From contig NC_068985.1 of assembly GCF_001194135.2 (NCBI RefSeq), positions 47,070,580 through 47,109,573 on the forward strand: DNA of 38,994 nt. Direction: 5' to 3'. Positions 13,445 through 24,039 of this stretch are shown here, piece by piece. Below the pieces are notes generated by a model, which saw only the letters and a list, made by a program, of their open reading frames with translations, was not told the origin of the DNA and made no database searches. The translations under genes and the position numbers were made by a program. The stretch's first letter is position 1. The number at the start of each line of letters is the position of its first letter. The stretch comes from Octopus bimaculoides (Eukaryota).

Positions 13445-13680
13445 TTATCTTTTACTTGTTTTAGTCATTGACTGTGGCCATACTGGTGCATCGCTTTGAA
13501 GGGATTAGTGATGCAAATACACTCCGGTACTTATATTTTAAGTCTGGTACGTATTAGATGTGGTCATTTTTGCCGAACTACTAAGTTACTGGGGTCTGAA
13601 CAAAACAATAGCAGTTGTCAAGCTATGAGGAGAGGCAAATAGAGCACAAACACAAAGACACACGTACACTCATGCATGCA
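13445..13680 (-). mobile_element. 3' tail of SINE family C
   Basis: TCTTTTACTTGTTTTAGTCA...GGCCATACTGG..CATCGC...GTTGTCAAGC is the reverse complement of the tail at ~35130-35295. Confidence 0.65.
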
Positions 13681-14009
13681 CACACATATCACAATCCTGA
13701 AAAATTTAGAAAATTGTAGAATTGCCAATGCAGTACTGAAACGAAGTTTTTGATGCACGTCTGATGAAGTGCCGCTCAAATGCATAAAACCTCAAATATT
13801 ACGTAACTTTTCTTCACATGGAACTCATGCGTGCAAGAGTGTTAAAAAAGTGCTACAGAAACAATTGTAAGTGGTCATTCAAGGCGTACTAAACTCTTTC
13901 TTTGTCTTCTTATTTGGATTTTACACAAACGCGTACACCCAAGCATACATACATACATACATACATACATACATAAAGTGCAGCCGTAAATGTAGATTAT
14001 ATCTTATTT

Positions 14010-14450
14010 CATTGGAAAGCATCGCACATTAACAGCTTCCAAAAATGGCATACAGGTACTACCTTCTTATGCGACATGACGTTGCCGCAAAAACAATATA
14101 CAAAGCAATTTGGAAAAAAGACGGTACTAGAATAAACATGCAGAACCCCAACCCCTGTTATTGAATACGTACACAAATACCAGCAAAAGGTATACTGGTG
14201 GGACATTCCTATCAAAACATCTGTCAAGTGTAAGCATTACAGGCCGGATGCCGTTGTTTAGGACACACAATAAAACTATGTACCGTCATAGAGGTCAACT
14301 GTCCTGATGATGTGAGTATCTCTTTCAAAATCAAAGAGAAAGAAGATAATTATGGACAGTTGCTTCGCAACCTCCAGCTTCTATTATTCATACTAATAAT
14401 AATTGAAGCAATTGGTTTTGTAAGTAAACTATTTACGCATTTTTTAACAT
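14010..14450 (+). mobile_element. Decayed RLE (restriction-like endonuclease) domain of an R4/R2-group non-LTR retrotransposon
   Basis: With frameshifts: PKMAYRYYLLMRHDVAAKTIYKAIWKK...YWWDIPIKTSVKCKHYRPDAVV*D...LCTVIEVNCPDDVSISFKIKEKEDNYGQL, showing the RHD, WWD, RPD, IEV and EK..Y motifs of RLE domains. Confidence 0.85.
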
Positions 14451-14683
14451 AATATAATTAAAAATCTATCATATAGACCCTAACTTCAGAAAAGTAGCGA
14501 GTTAGAAAATCTCTATAAGCGATGTAAGTCGTGACAATACTGAGAAGTAATGTTTAATGCCACATCAATATTGCTGTTCGACATTACTACTGTTTTTAAC
14601 CCCAAGAAGAGCCTCCTCGAGCTGGTTATCGATGCAATCTGCACCCTGGTAGTAGATCCCCTACTATCTTCTGGCAGACGACA

Positions 14684-14729
14684 GGATCACTAGACCAAAC
14701 GGTTTCGTGCTATTTGTGCCCATCATCAG
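14684..14729 (-). ncRNA. Second hammerhead copy: intact CUGAUGA box, 5' strand of stem I deleted
   Basis: Minus strand CUGAUGA-U-GGGC-ACAAAUA-GCAC-GAAA-CCG-UU-UGGUC-UAGUGAUCC. Confidence 0.6.
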
Positions 14730-14950
14730 GAAACCATGCGACAATCAGTCAGTGATCTTACAACGATAGTAACGTAAAACAGCCATACTGTTGTAGCGAT
14801 AAATATTACTTCTCAGTATAGTTACTACTTTCATCTCTTATAGAAAATTTCTAACTAGATACTTTGCTTGTTGCTAAATCAGTGACTGATTGTCGCATGG
14901 GTTTTTCATATATTGCCAACTGAAGCGAGTTCCTGCTATGTTTAGCGGCC

Positions 14951-15009
14951 GGGTGTTCACCACTGACAATCGGCACAAATAGTCCGAAACCGTTCGGTCT
15001 GGTGATCCC
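14951..15009 (+). ncRNA. Type I hammerhead ribozyme fold (core variant CUGACAA, probably inactive copy)
   Basis: Stem I UCACCA(14957-62)/UGGUGA(15000-05) plus distal GGG/CCC; core CUGACAA(14963-69); stem II GGC-ACAAAUA-GUCC; GAAA(14986-89); stem III ACCG-UU-CGGU; C17 at 14999. Confidence 0.7.
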
Positions 15010-15595
15010 GTCGTCTGCTAGAAGATGGTAGGGGTTTGCTTCTCTGCCTGCAGCATATACCGAGTGCAGGTTGCATCAATAACCAGCTAGATGAGGCTTT
15101 GCCTGGGGTTAAAAACGGTAGTAACGTCGAACAGCCTTATTGATGTGGCAATAAACATTACTTTGCAGTAAAACAATAAATATAATGAAGAACAATAAAT
15201 ATGATTTTTTATCTTTTAGCTAAAGGGGAAATTGTAGACATGACCTCTTACAAGGCCTCCGATATTAGTGAAAGGAAAGCATTTTTAAACGGAAGACTTG
15301 GCCCAAAGCTTGCGATAGAGTGGCTATGGTGGAACTAAACTCAGAATGCAAAGATCTGCTGGAAATACTCCAAAGCACTCCTTTTGATATTCTTATATAT
15401 TCTTGAATCCATCGACACGAACTGATACTTTAAAATCACTCCAAAAATGAGAAAAAGCAAGATTGATCTCGGTGGATGATTTGGACTTTGAGAGCAGGTT
15501 GCCGGAAGAAATACTGCGAAGTAATCTTGCGTTCTAATGGCTTTGCGAAATTGCCGCTTATTTGCTCACAAAATCTAAACTGAAGAAAAGAAAAT

Positions 15596-15632
<37 letters not shown>

Positions 15633-16074
15633 AACGAAAATTCTCAATTCTGATATAAAATATCCTTCCCATAACGGATTACAGATATCAGTTTGAGTTA
15701 TAAATTGATAATGAAAATTCATATGTAAAATGTTAGAAACGTCGAATATCAATTTTGGGAAATAATTACATTGATTTGTAACGCGTATAAGAAACATATT
15801 GATTTTATTTATATTATAACTGCTTTATTATGCCCCTTACTTATTTTAGGAACTATTAACATATTTAACATATTGGTTGAACAATAAAGCATATGAATGT
15901 GTAAACATATCTTTCTTTAATTTAAAATTGAGAAAAACAATTATAAAAAAATGTTGCACCATGGTACTGAACCCGAAAGCACATGATTGCAAATTGAGCT
16001 GCTTATCTGCACAACCATTGTCGTAGTTTCTTTTCTTCATTTATAAATATATTTCATGTACACTTGACGATTGT

Positions 16075-16330
16075 GGAGGCGCGTGGCTTAGTGGTTAGGG
16101 TATCACGATCGTAAGATTGTGCTTTCGATTCCTGGACCGGGCGACGCGTTGTGTTCTTGAGCAAAACACTTCATTTCACGTTGCTCCAGTTCACTCAGCC
16201 GGCATAAATGAGTAACGCTACGCTGGACTGACGTCACGTCTAGCTGGGGAACACATACGCCATTGAAACCGGGAAACCGGGCCCATGATCCTGGTTAGGC
16301 TTTAAAAGGGCACATTTATTTATTTATTTT
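16075..16330 (+). mobile_element. tRNA-derived SINE, family B
   Basis: A-box TGGCTTAGTGG, B-box-like TTTCGATTCC, central TTGTGTTCTTGAGCAAAACACTT and a (TTTA)n tail. Head shared with the copy at 37400. Confidence 0.8.
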
Positions 16331-16639
16331 TATACTTGAAGATAGTAAATAAAAAATATTAACGTACATTGAAAAATATTCAAAATACTTTTTACTTTAG
16401 ACTGTGAATCGCTGACATCCAGAAAAAAAAATCGGTGACCATTTTTAAAGCCGCGCCCCACAAAAAGAAAAAAGGTAGATAGAGAGTAGTTATTTAAAGA
16501 TTAAAAAAAATTACTACAGTGAAATTAATAAGTGCCCACTTTGATTTACATTATTTTGTACTCACATAAGGACCTAAATTAAACAGGGACATGATATCCA
16601 TGTGATTATGTAATGTTCATGCCATTCCAAAACTGTCAG

Positions 16640-16800
16640 CTGCTGCTGCTTAGAGTTAGGTCAGCTCTTGTTTAAACAGACCCATGATGAATTTGTTCAA
16701 GTTGTGATCATTTTATATCTATATATTAAGGAGTATACTTAAGATGACATATGGTAAATTTTAGACAAACGTAGCTGCTATTTCGAACAGATCAAACGAC
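16640..16800 (+). repeat. Family D interspersed repeat, diverged
   Basis: GTTAGGTCAGCTCTTG...GTAGCTGCTATTTCGAACAG resembles 18290-18500; a related inverted fragment lies at ~16990-17090. Confidence 0.45.
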
Positions 16801-17751
16801 AGAACAGTAGCTGATGCAAATGAAAGGAAACAGTTTCATCCAAGATTCAACACCAGGTAGTAGAGCTTACCATGGTGTTTCTGTGTTCGGTCAATAATCT
16901 AGAATTAGAAGTTAAATCTTCATATTACATTCTTTTATCTTTGCAAAATATGTGTTGCATAATGTGTTTCTGAGTTCCTTGCACATAAGAAAAATGTAGG
17001 ATGGTCACGACTGGAATGGCCTTGATCATATGTTTGTTCGATCATGACAAACGTGTTGCTAACTAATAACAGCAGCTACAAATTCCAAAATGTGTTGTCT
17101 GCTAGATAGTATTTACTTGGTAGGCTTAACTGTGTTATCCACATGATGCTGCAGGAATCTGCATTTACTTGGCTAAGAGATAACCAGCTCTGTCTGTAAT
17201 GTGAGAACCAGCATGGTTGACTATCCTGGTTTATTACAACCAATCATATTTCATTAGGCTTGCTACGTGATTTGAATAGCTAAATCGAATCCGGTATCCT
17301 TTGCTTCGCTGTCAGCTGATTAACGGATACCAATAGGATAGGATATATATTTCTATCAATCGAAGACTGATTCACTTTCACCAAAGGTTGCGAAAACTGA
17401 AACAAATAATATAAATAAATAAATGAAAATTGAGAAAAAGAGAGGAATGAAATGTTTTGATCGAAAGCTTAAAGAAAGAGAATACAGAAAGAATTTAATA
17501 AAATAATCAAAGATAAAATGTAATTAAAAAGAAAATGGTAAAGAAAAGCAGAAAAAGAAGCAAAACAAAAATGAAGATCTGAAAGACTAAGAGGAAACAG
17601 AGAGAGAACCATAGAGAAATAAATAACAGCATGGAAACTGAATGAATGACCGAATGAAGAAGGAAAAGAAAAAGAATGAATAGATCTCTGAAAAAAAAAA
17701 CAAGTAAAATAAAAATATAAATATATTTAAAGCGTAACTAGCCGAAAAGCT

Positions 17752-17823
17752 GAGAGTTCGTACTGTGAGAATTCTTACTGTAAGAGTTCGTACTGTGAGA
17801 ATTCGTACTGTGAGAGTTCGTAC
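17752..17823. repeat. 15-bp minisatellite (GAGA[G/A]TTCGTACTGT) x ~4.8
   Basis: Units at 17752, 17767, 17782, 17797 and 17812. Confidence 0.95.
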
Positions 17824-18289
17824 AACGTTGTGTCTCAAAGCCACGACTTTTAACTCCCAAATAGTTTAGACCACTTAACTACAAATGGAGGCCACACAGT
17901 AGTAATAACATTACAATCTACCTTGACGCTAACCTTAATTAAGAAAGTCCCTGAGGAAACGCGTTCCCGCTATGACTATCTTGCATTTTATCAGTCTATC
18001 AAGGACTATACTGCCTAACATTCCCTTCTTTATTTAAGACAGCAGGGATGAATTTTTAGCAAGTTTGGCTGCTACTTCATCATTTCGGTAATTATTTACG
18101 TCTCCCTTGTTCTCTCCTGACTGTACTATGAAATTAGGGCATGGTTAGTATCCAGAACAGAGTTCTACCCATCCTCTTCGCCTGAAGAAAACAATGTGCA
18201 TAATCTTTCTAGAATAATACTCCATAGAATCTCTATAATACTCCATAGAATCTACTTCCATAGCAGAGTGTTATAGCCATCCGGGCTAC

Positions 18290-18505
18290 GGGAGTTGTTG
18301 ATGTTATTTAACCCAAGATCAGCCCTGATCGAGTAGCCCACTATTCAAAGATATTATAGTAGTTGGTATCCCATGGTATCTCAGTTGCACACGTGACCCA
18401 AGAACACAATGGCTTACGTGTCATTGACTTTTTAGAAGGTAGTAAACTGTTTGATGGAGATTTGGCAGTTATTTCTAGCAGATCTAGAGCCGAAGTAGAG
18501 TCTCC
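18290..18505 (+). repeat. Family D interspersed repeat
   Basis: CAAGATCAGCCCTGATCGAG...GAGATTTGGCAGTTATTTCTAGCAG. Related fragments at ~1693(-), ~3095-3235(+), ~22570-22640(+) and ~37838-37900(-). Confidence 0.55.
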
Positions 18506-18539
18506 GTCATTGGAACAGTGTTATGAGTGTTTTGTATAA

Positions 18540-19071
18540 AACAAGAAGAAGAAGAAATAGGAGGAAGGGGAGAAAAGGGAGAGGAGGAGGAGGAGAAAGA
18601 GAAGGAGCTGAAGAAGAGGGAGGGGAGAAGTAGTAGGGAGAGGAGAAGGAAGGAAGGAAGGAAGGAAAGAGAAGGAGAGGGAGAAGGAGGAGAAAGAGGA
18701 GAAGGAGGAGAAGGAGGAGAAAGAGAAGGAGGAGGAGAAAGAGGAGAGGAGGAGAAAGAGGAGGAGGAGGAGGAGGAATAAGAGAAGGGGAGAAGAAGAA
18801 GAAGAAGAAGAAGAAAAGAAGAAGAAGAAGAAGAAGAAGAAGNNNNNNNNNNNNNNNNNNNNNNNNNNNNNNNNNNNNNNNNNNNNNNNNNNNNNNNNNN
18901 NNNNNNNNNNNNNNNNNNNNNNNNNNNGAGGAGGAGGAGAAAGAGGAGGAGGAGAAAGAGGAGGAGGAGGAGGAGGAATAAGAGAAGGGGAGAAGAAGAA
19001 GAAGAAGAAGAAGAAAAGAAGAAGAAGAAGAAGAAGAAGAAGAAGAAGAAGAAGAAGAAAAAAAGAAGAAG

Positions 19072-19100
<29 letters not shown>
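18540..19100. repeat. (GAA/GGA)n purine tract spanning a gap
   Basis: Direct inspection. Confidence 0.95.
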
Positions 19101-19102
<2 letters not shown>

Positions 19103-20551
19103 TAAGGAATGATGAACAGAATAAAGAAATACATGTGACTGAAAACTTATGAATAGGTGAAGAAGAGAATAGAATAAAAGCGTAAATGCAAGAAAGCAGA
19201 AACGAGAAAGTACGGCTAAAAGTTTAAACAAATGGAATATAATATATAAAAAAAGAGACAGTTACGTAAATTAAGACAAGATTGTTTAGTTTCACCTTTG
19301 TTATATTGTAAAGAAAGGGAAAAGATATCTAGAAGTGTGAATGGTAATTGGTCATAATCCGAAGAATGTACGAGAAGAGCACGGTAATGACTCAACTGGG
19401 GTTCGACATCGTGTTACAAACGGCCTTATAATTCGATATATAGAGAGAGACAGAAGAGAACGAAGGAAAGAAATCATGAAGATATAAAAGAGAGAGAGAG
19501 AGAGAGAGAGAGAGGAAGAGAGAGAGAGAGAGAGAAAAGGAGGGAGAGAGTTAGAGGGAGAGAGGGGAGAAAGAGATAGAGGTATAAAAAATTAGCCTGA
19601 GTATTGAATTGGTAGTATATTTATCGATCCCGGTATGCTGAAAGGTAAAGTTCCCCTTGGCGGGTTTTGAAATAAGAACTAGAAAGCTGGAATAAAGACT
19701 GCAAATCACTCTGTCCGATGTTCTGACGACTGAAGACAAAGTTAAAAAGGAAGAATGTATGAATTATGTATAATAGGATGAGTAAAAATGGAAAGAAGGG
19801 AAAATGTAGTTAAATAAAATAGTAAAGGAAACAAAATGAATGAAAAATATGGAAATAACGAGGGAATAAGAAAAGTATGGAACATTATAAACGACGCAAA
19901 TCTTAGTAAAAAAGTAAAAGAACCAAATGAAGAAGAAAAAAAGAATAAACGAGCGAGGAAAAGAAAACAAAGACATGGAACATCTGAGATGAAAAAATAG
20001 AGAAGCACAGTTTCAAGCGAAGGAATGAAAGAAGGAAAAATGAAAATTTAAAATGAAAAAGAAAAGATAACAAGTGATGTAAAAAAAGAAACAACAAAAA
20101 TTTAAATAAACAGGCAAAAGAAAAGAAGAACGAATGTAGTCAAATAAGAAAAGCTGAAGTAAAGAAATTTAGCATAAGAAAAAGGGCGAAATAAAGAGAG
20201 TTAATAAATATAAAAGATAGTTCACAAGATTGAGAGGTAGCGTGGGAATTCAAAACTTTAATTAACACGCAATTTAAAGACAGAAAAAAAAAATGATATT
20301 AAGATCCTTTGAAAGGTGTAATGGTAATTAATTAAAATTAACATAGAATGTGTTTCAAGNNNNNNNNNNNNNNNNNNNNNNNNNNNNNNNNNNNNNNNNN
20401 NNNNNNNNNNNNNNNNNNNNNNNNNNNNNNNNNNNNNNNNNNNNNNNNNNNTATATATATATATATATACATACGCACACACATATACATACACAAACAC
20501 ATACCTACGCACATAAATACTTGTGCTCACAAAGACAGATATGTATATATA

Positions 20552-20587
<36 letters not shown>

Positions 20588-20956
20588 TACACATACAAGA
20601 CATATGCACAACATACACACACTGAATAATTAATCGCACATATGAATAGGGAAACATACAAATAGAAGCACATCTATACACATCGCTCACGCACTCATAT
20701 ACACAAGTTAGCAGATTATATTATTTAGTGCAGTCTCGGTTATTGGAAAGTGTCTTGCAGCCGTATGCTGTTGATTATATTCATATATGTTTCTTTCTTT
20801 CCTTCTTTATGTGTTTCTTTGTTTGTTTCTTTCTTTCGTTCTTTTTTCTATCTTTCTGTTTGTATCTATGCGTGTATTATATTACATAACTACTATAAAT
20901 ACGCGTAGTAAATGCATTCAAAGCTTGAACTTTTGTTATTGTTTTCCTTCTGACAG

Positions 20957-20986
20957 GCACCCCAACACCCACCCACTCACGCAGAC
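20957..20986 (+). other. Candidate 30-nt exon of an unidentified host gene
   Basis: TTGTTTTCCTTCTGACAG|GCACCCCAACACCCACCCACTCACGCAGAC|GTAAGT; length a multiple of 3 and all three frames open. Confidence 0.4.
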
Positions 20987-21627
20987 GTAAGTGGGGCCTA
21001 TGTCTTCGTGCGTATATGTAAGTCTGCAGTTTTTCATATTTTCACTCTGCTGGTAAATTTATTATCAAACGAAACATTAGGTCCAGAGTAGAGAAACATT
21101 TTATTTGATATTTTATTTAATAACTAATGGTATCTAATATGTTGTTCAATTTATATTTCAACCTATAACTATACACACACATTCACAAATATATACGAAC
21201 AAAGACTCACATGCATGTATATCCGTGTGTCCGTATTGCAAGACTGTGTCACATATTTCTAAAAATAATTAATACCTTGTGTAGATTAATATCTATCCCG
21301 AAAATGAGAATGATCAATAAATATCATATTCTTGTAGTTTCATCTTGTGAACATTCAGTCTAAGTAAATATCGTGTGAACTTCAAGGTATAGTTATTAGA
21401 ACCGGGGATTTCCATGAAGAGTAAATACTGTGATTGGTAGATGCAACAGAGGCATTTAGCTGTGCTTACAGTCAATGTGTTGAGGTGAATACGCAAGGCG
21501 AGGGGCTGTTGAACTTGTAAAGCTGACGTGAGGGGAAAGAATAGGGTTTATGGGGATATTCTTCGTGAGTGTGTTTGAGTAAACATACCGACTTTTAATA
21601 TAAAAGCACTCACTAATACATTACTTA

Positions 21628-21815
21628 ATACAGTTTTATACTTGAGTGATGAGGAATTATGTACATTATTTACATTATTTACATTTGACGGATATTTGTC
21701 GTCATTTTGTTTGTTGTTAACACAATGTTTCGTCTGAAGAGTACGTCGGCCGAAACGTTGTGTTAACAAAAATCAAGATGAGGACAAATATCTGTCAAAT
21801 GTAAATAATGTACAT
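21628..21815. mobile_element. Palindromic junction of two inverted Penelope-type terminal repeat fragments
   Basis: Arms 21659-21732 and 21751-21815 are near-perfect reverse complements apart from an 11-nt local duplication. Each carries CGAAAC(G/A)TTGTGTT. PLE assignment is from recalled octopus repeat sequence. Confidence 0.6.
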
Positions 21816-21969
21816 TACTCAAACTCTCATTTCACCGCCCGCCGAATATTACTGAAAAGAAGTCATTATCATCCGACACCCTCTTCATATCAACAAACCT
21901 TATTCCCAGGCCAACTTCAACCTCTCAACCACATCCAACCTCCAATTTTCTTCTAACGCAGCCTTCATC

Positions 21970-22182
21970 ATTAGCAGCTGGCGGAATCTTTAGCACGCCG
22001 GACACAATGCATCGTGGTATTTCCTCCGTTTTTACGTTTTGAGTTGAAATGTTGCCGAGATCGATTTTGGTTTTCATCCTTTCGGAGTCGATACCACAAG
22101 TGCCAGTTGAGCATTGGAATCGATGTAATCGAGTAGTCCTTCCCCAAAAATTTCAGGCCTTGTCCGTACAGTAGAAAGGATC
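21970..22182 (+). mobile_element. SINE family A, old diverged copy
   Basis: AGCTGGCGGAATCTTTAGCACGCCGG...TTCATCCTTTCGGAGTCGATA...CAGGCCTTGT...GTAGAAAGG aligns with the reverse complement of 1160-1376. Confidence 0.75.
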
Positions 22183-24039
22183 ATTAGAATAAGTGAAAAA
22201 TAAGTCATCGAGTGTTAAAAAAAAAACATCTTTGTATGTTTCCTAATTAACAGAACACACTAAAAGTGAAAAACATTTATTCTTCTAGTTTATTGACGGA
22301 TTATATCTTCCTTTAATATCATATGTATACTTAATGAAGCAATAGCCTGAAGAATATGAAAAATATATTAACAGGTTCCCCAAATTATCGGGATATTCAC
22401 AGCATAAACATTATTTGCTCCTCGTGCTTATTACCAGATTTTTATGTTTCACCAGTTCCATGTATATGCCCATGTCTAAAAGAAACTGTATGCCAGGCAG
22501 TAATTTTCAACATACTGTGATTCAGCTGAACAATGGCCGTCTCTTTGAAGTCATCTTAAAGTGTTTTCTATCTTTTTTATAAAGCTTGGAGTGTAAATTG
22601 AGGGTGATTTTATCACACGTTCTAACAGGTCCATTGACCAAGCTGGTATCAGGGTTTGGAGCTATATTTAGTTGTCACTGTTCACTAGTTCCAGATGAGT
22701 CTGCTTGAGCAGATCAAAAACTAAAAGCCTTACAGAAATATCAGCTCCATATATGTTGGACAACATTATCATGTCTCCTTCCTTTGTTTATAGAGTAGAA
22801 GTATGATTTGGAGAAGTTTGTGGTATCTCGAGAGTATGAAGAGACCCAGTTGACCATTTCACATTTAGTTCGAGGAATTTAAAATTATATTGCGTATGTG
22901 ATTAATTTGAATACGTTTGCACGTCGTGAGGTAGTTGGGGAATCTGATATTTCGGTAGTGACTCTTACACTGAGATAACATATTTAATAATGGAGCTTTG
23001 CGTATTTGTTCAGACCATCTGCACTAAATAGGTCAACTAAACAGGCCAGCTCTGCCTTTTTACTTTTCGGGGTCTATGAATATGTATCGATCTATGAAGA
23101 TTGATTGGCGGAACTATAAAAACATTAGAAAAGGTAACTTCCGGTATTTGTTCAGTTGTTTGGATTCTGATATCAAATCTCGCTATGGGTACATAGATGG
23201 TAAACATAATCCATCACTTGGTGTAACACCACGCCCGTGCTTTTAGCAAGGACCTTTCTGCTGCAAAAGTTCGGGTCAAATGTGCGACTTGAGGACATCT
23301 TTCCTCTGAAATCCTACCAGTCTTGGAGACTCTATAAAAGTTCATGGGTATTGCTTTCCATCCCGATTAAAAAATAAACAAATTACTGTTGCAATGAGAG
23401 TATATAAGGACTATAACAGTTTAAGAATGTCTGTTTGCTCGCCAGTCACTCCGTTATTCGGTATTTCACAGGAATGTTTGCATATTGGACGATAATTCTC
23501 CTCCAATGTTTCCAAAACTGTTATAGATAATGTATTACAGGAAAATACAATAAATCATTTTTCATAATGATCTGTAGCGATACAGAGGGAGGCCAGTGGA
23601 AAAGATAAAACAGTGATGAATTAAACGTTAGACTATATGAATGTTTAGGTGGATATCAACAGGATGTGATAAAGTTCAATATATGGGAGATGGAACCATG
23701 GAGACTGCTCTGGTCAAATATTCACAGGAGGTTGTGAGGAGGGAGAGGAAAGTGTTGTTAGTAAATCAGTGGTCAGAATAAAATAGAAGAAATTGAATAT
23801 CATTTGTAAACATAGTTCAATTTTGTATTAACATTTATATCCAGTTGCATATTCATCAAACCTTCGGTCACGACGTGTTGTAGTTTCATTCTGCGAGGTT
23901 TTAACATGAAGAAAAAAGTCATGAGAGATGATATTTTGGCTTTAGTTCTTCGTACAAATTATGCAAGTAGTGCTAGAATTCAAAATGACACTGGAAAGGA
24001 TAATCTCTTCTGAGAATTTAAACTGAATTTTAGAACAGT

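Larger units (their letters stand above)
14489..15172. mobile_element. Fold-back array of a ~352-nt hammerhead-bearing non-coding unit (retrozyme-like or PLE terminal repeat)
   Basis: 14765-14820 repeats 15117-15172 (offset 352, ~44/56 identical). The reverse complement of 14489-14764 matches unit positions ~14870-15170 (two internal deletions) and continues into 14821-14868. Confidence 0.85.

Noticed and set aside
14300-14315. CTGATGA at ~14305 (also ~1826, ~8675, and minus-strand ~32690) as hammerhead cores
   Set aside because: No stem II followed by GAAA; the 14305 instance is part of the RLE coding motif PDD.
16075-16140. tRNA gene calls at SINE heads (also 1290-1376, 35427, 37400)
   Set aside because: Only A/B-box-like motifs are present. 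No complete cloverleaf was seen and they continue into SINE bodies.
17752-17823. Regularly spaced repeats as a possible CRISPR array (also the 42-bp array)
   Set aside because: Contiguous tandem units without unique spacers, no cas genes, and a eukaryotic context.
18521-19231. Poly-E/S/L ORFs and the duplicated sequence on both sides of the gap at 18843-18927
   Set aside because: GAA/GGA simple repeat. The near-identical flanks most likely reflect unmerged overlapping contig ends.
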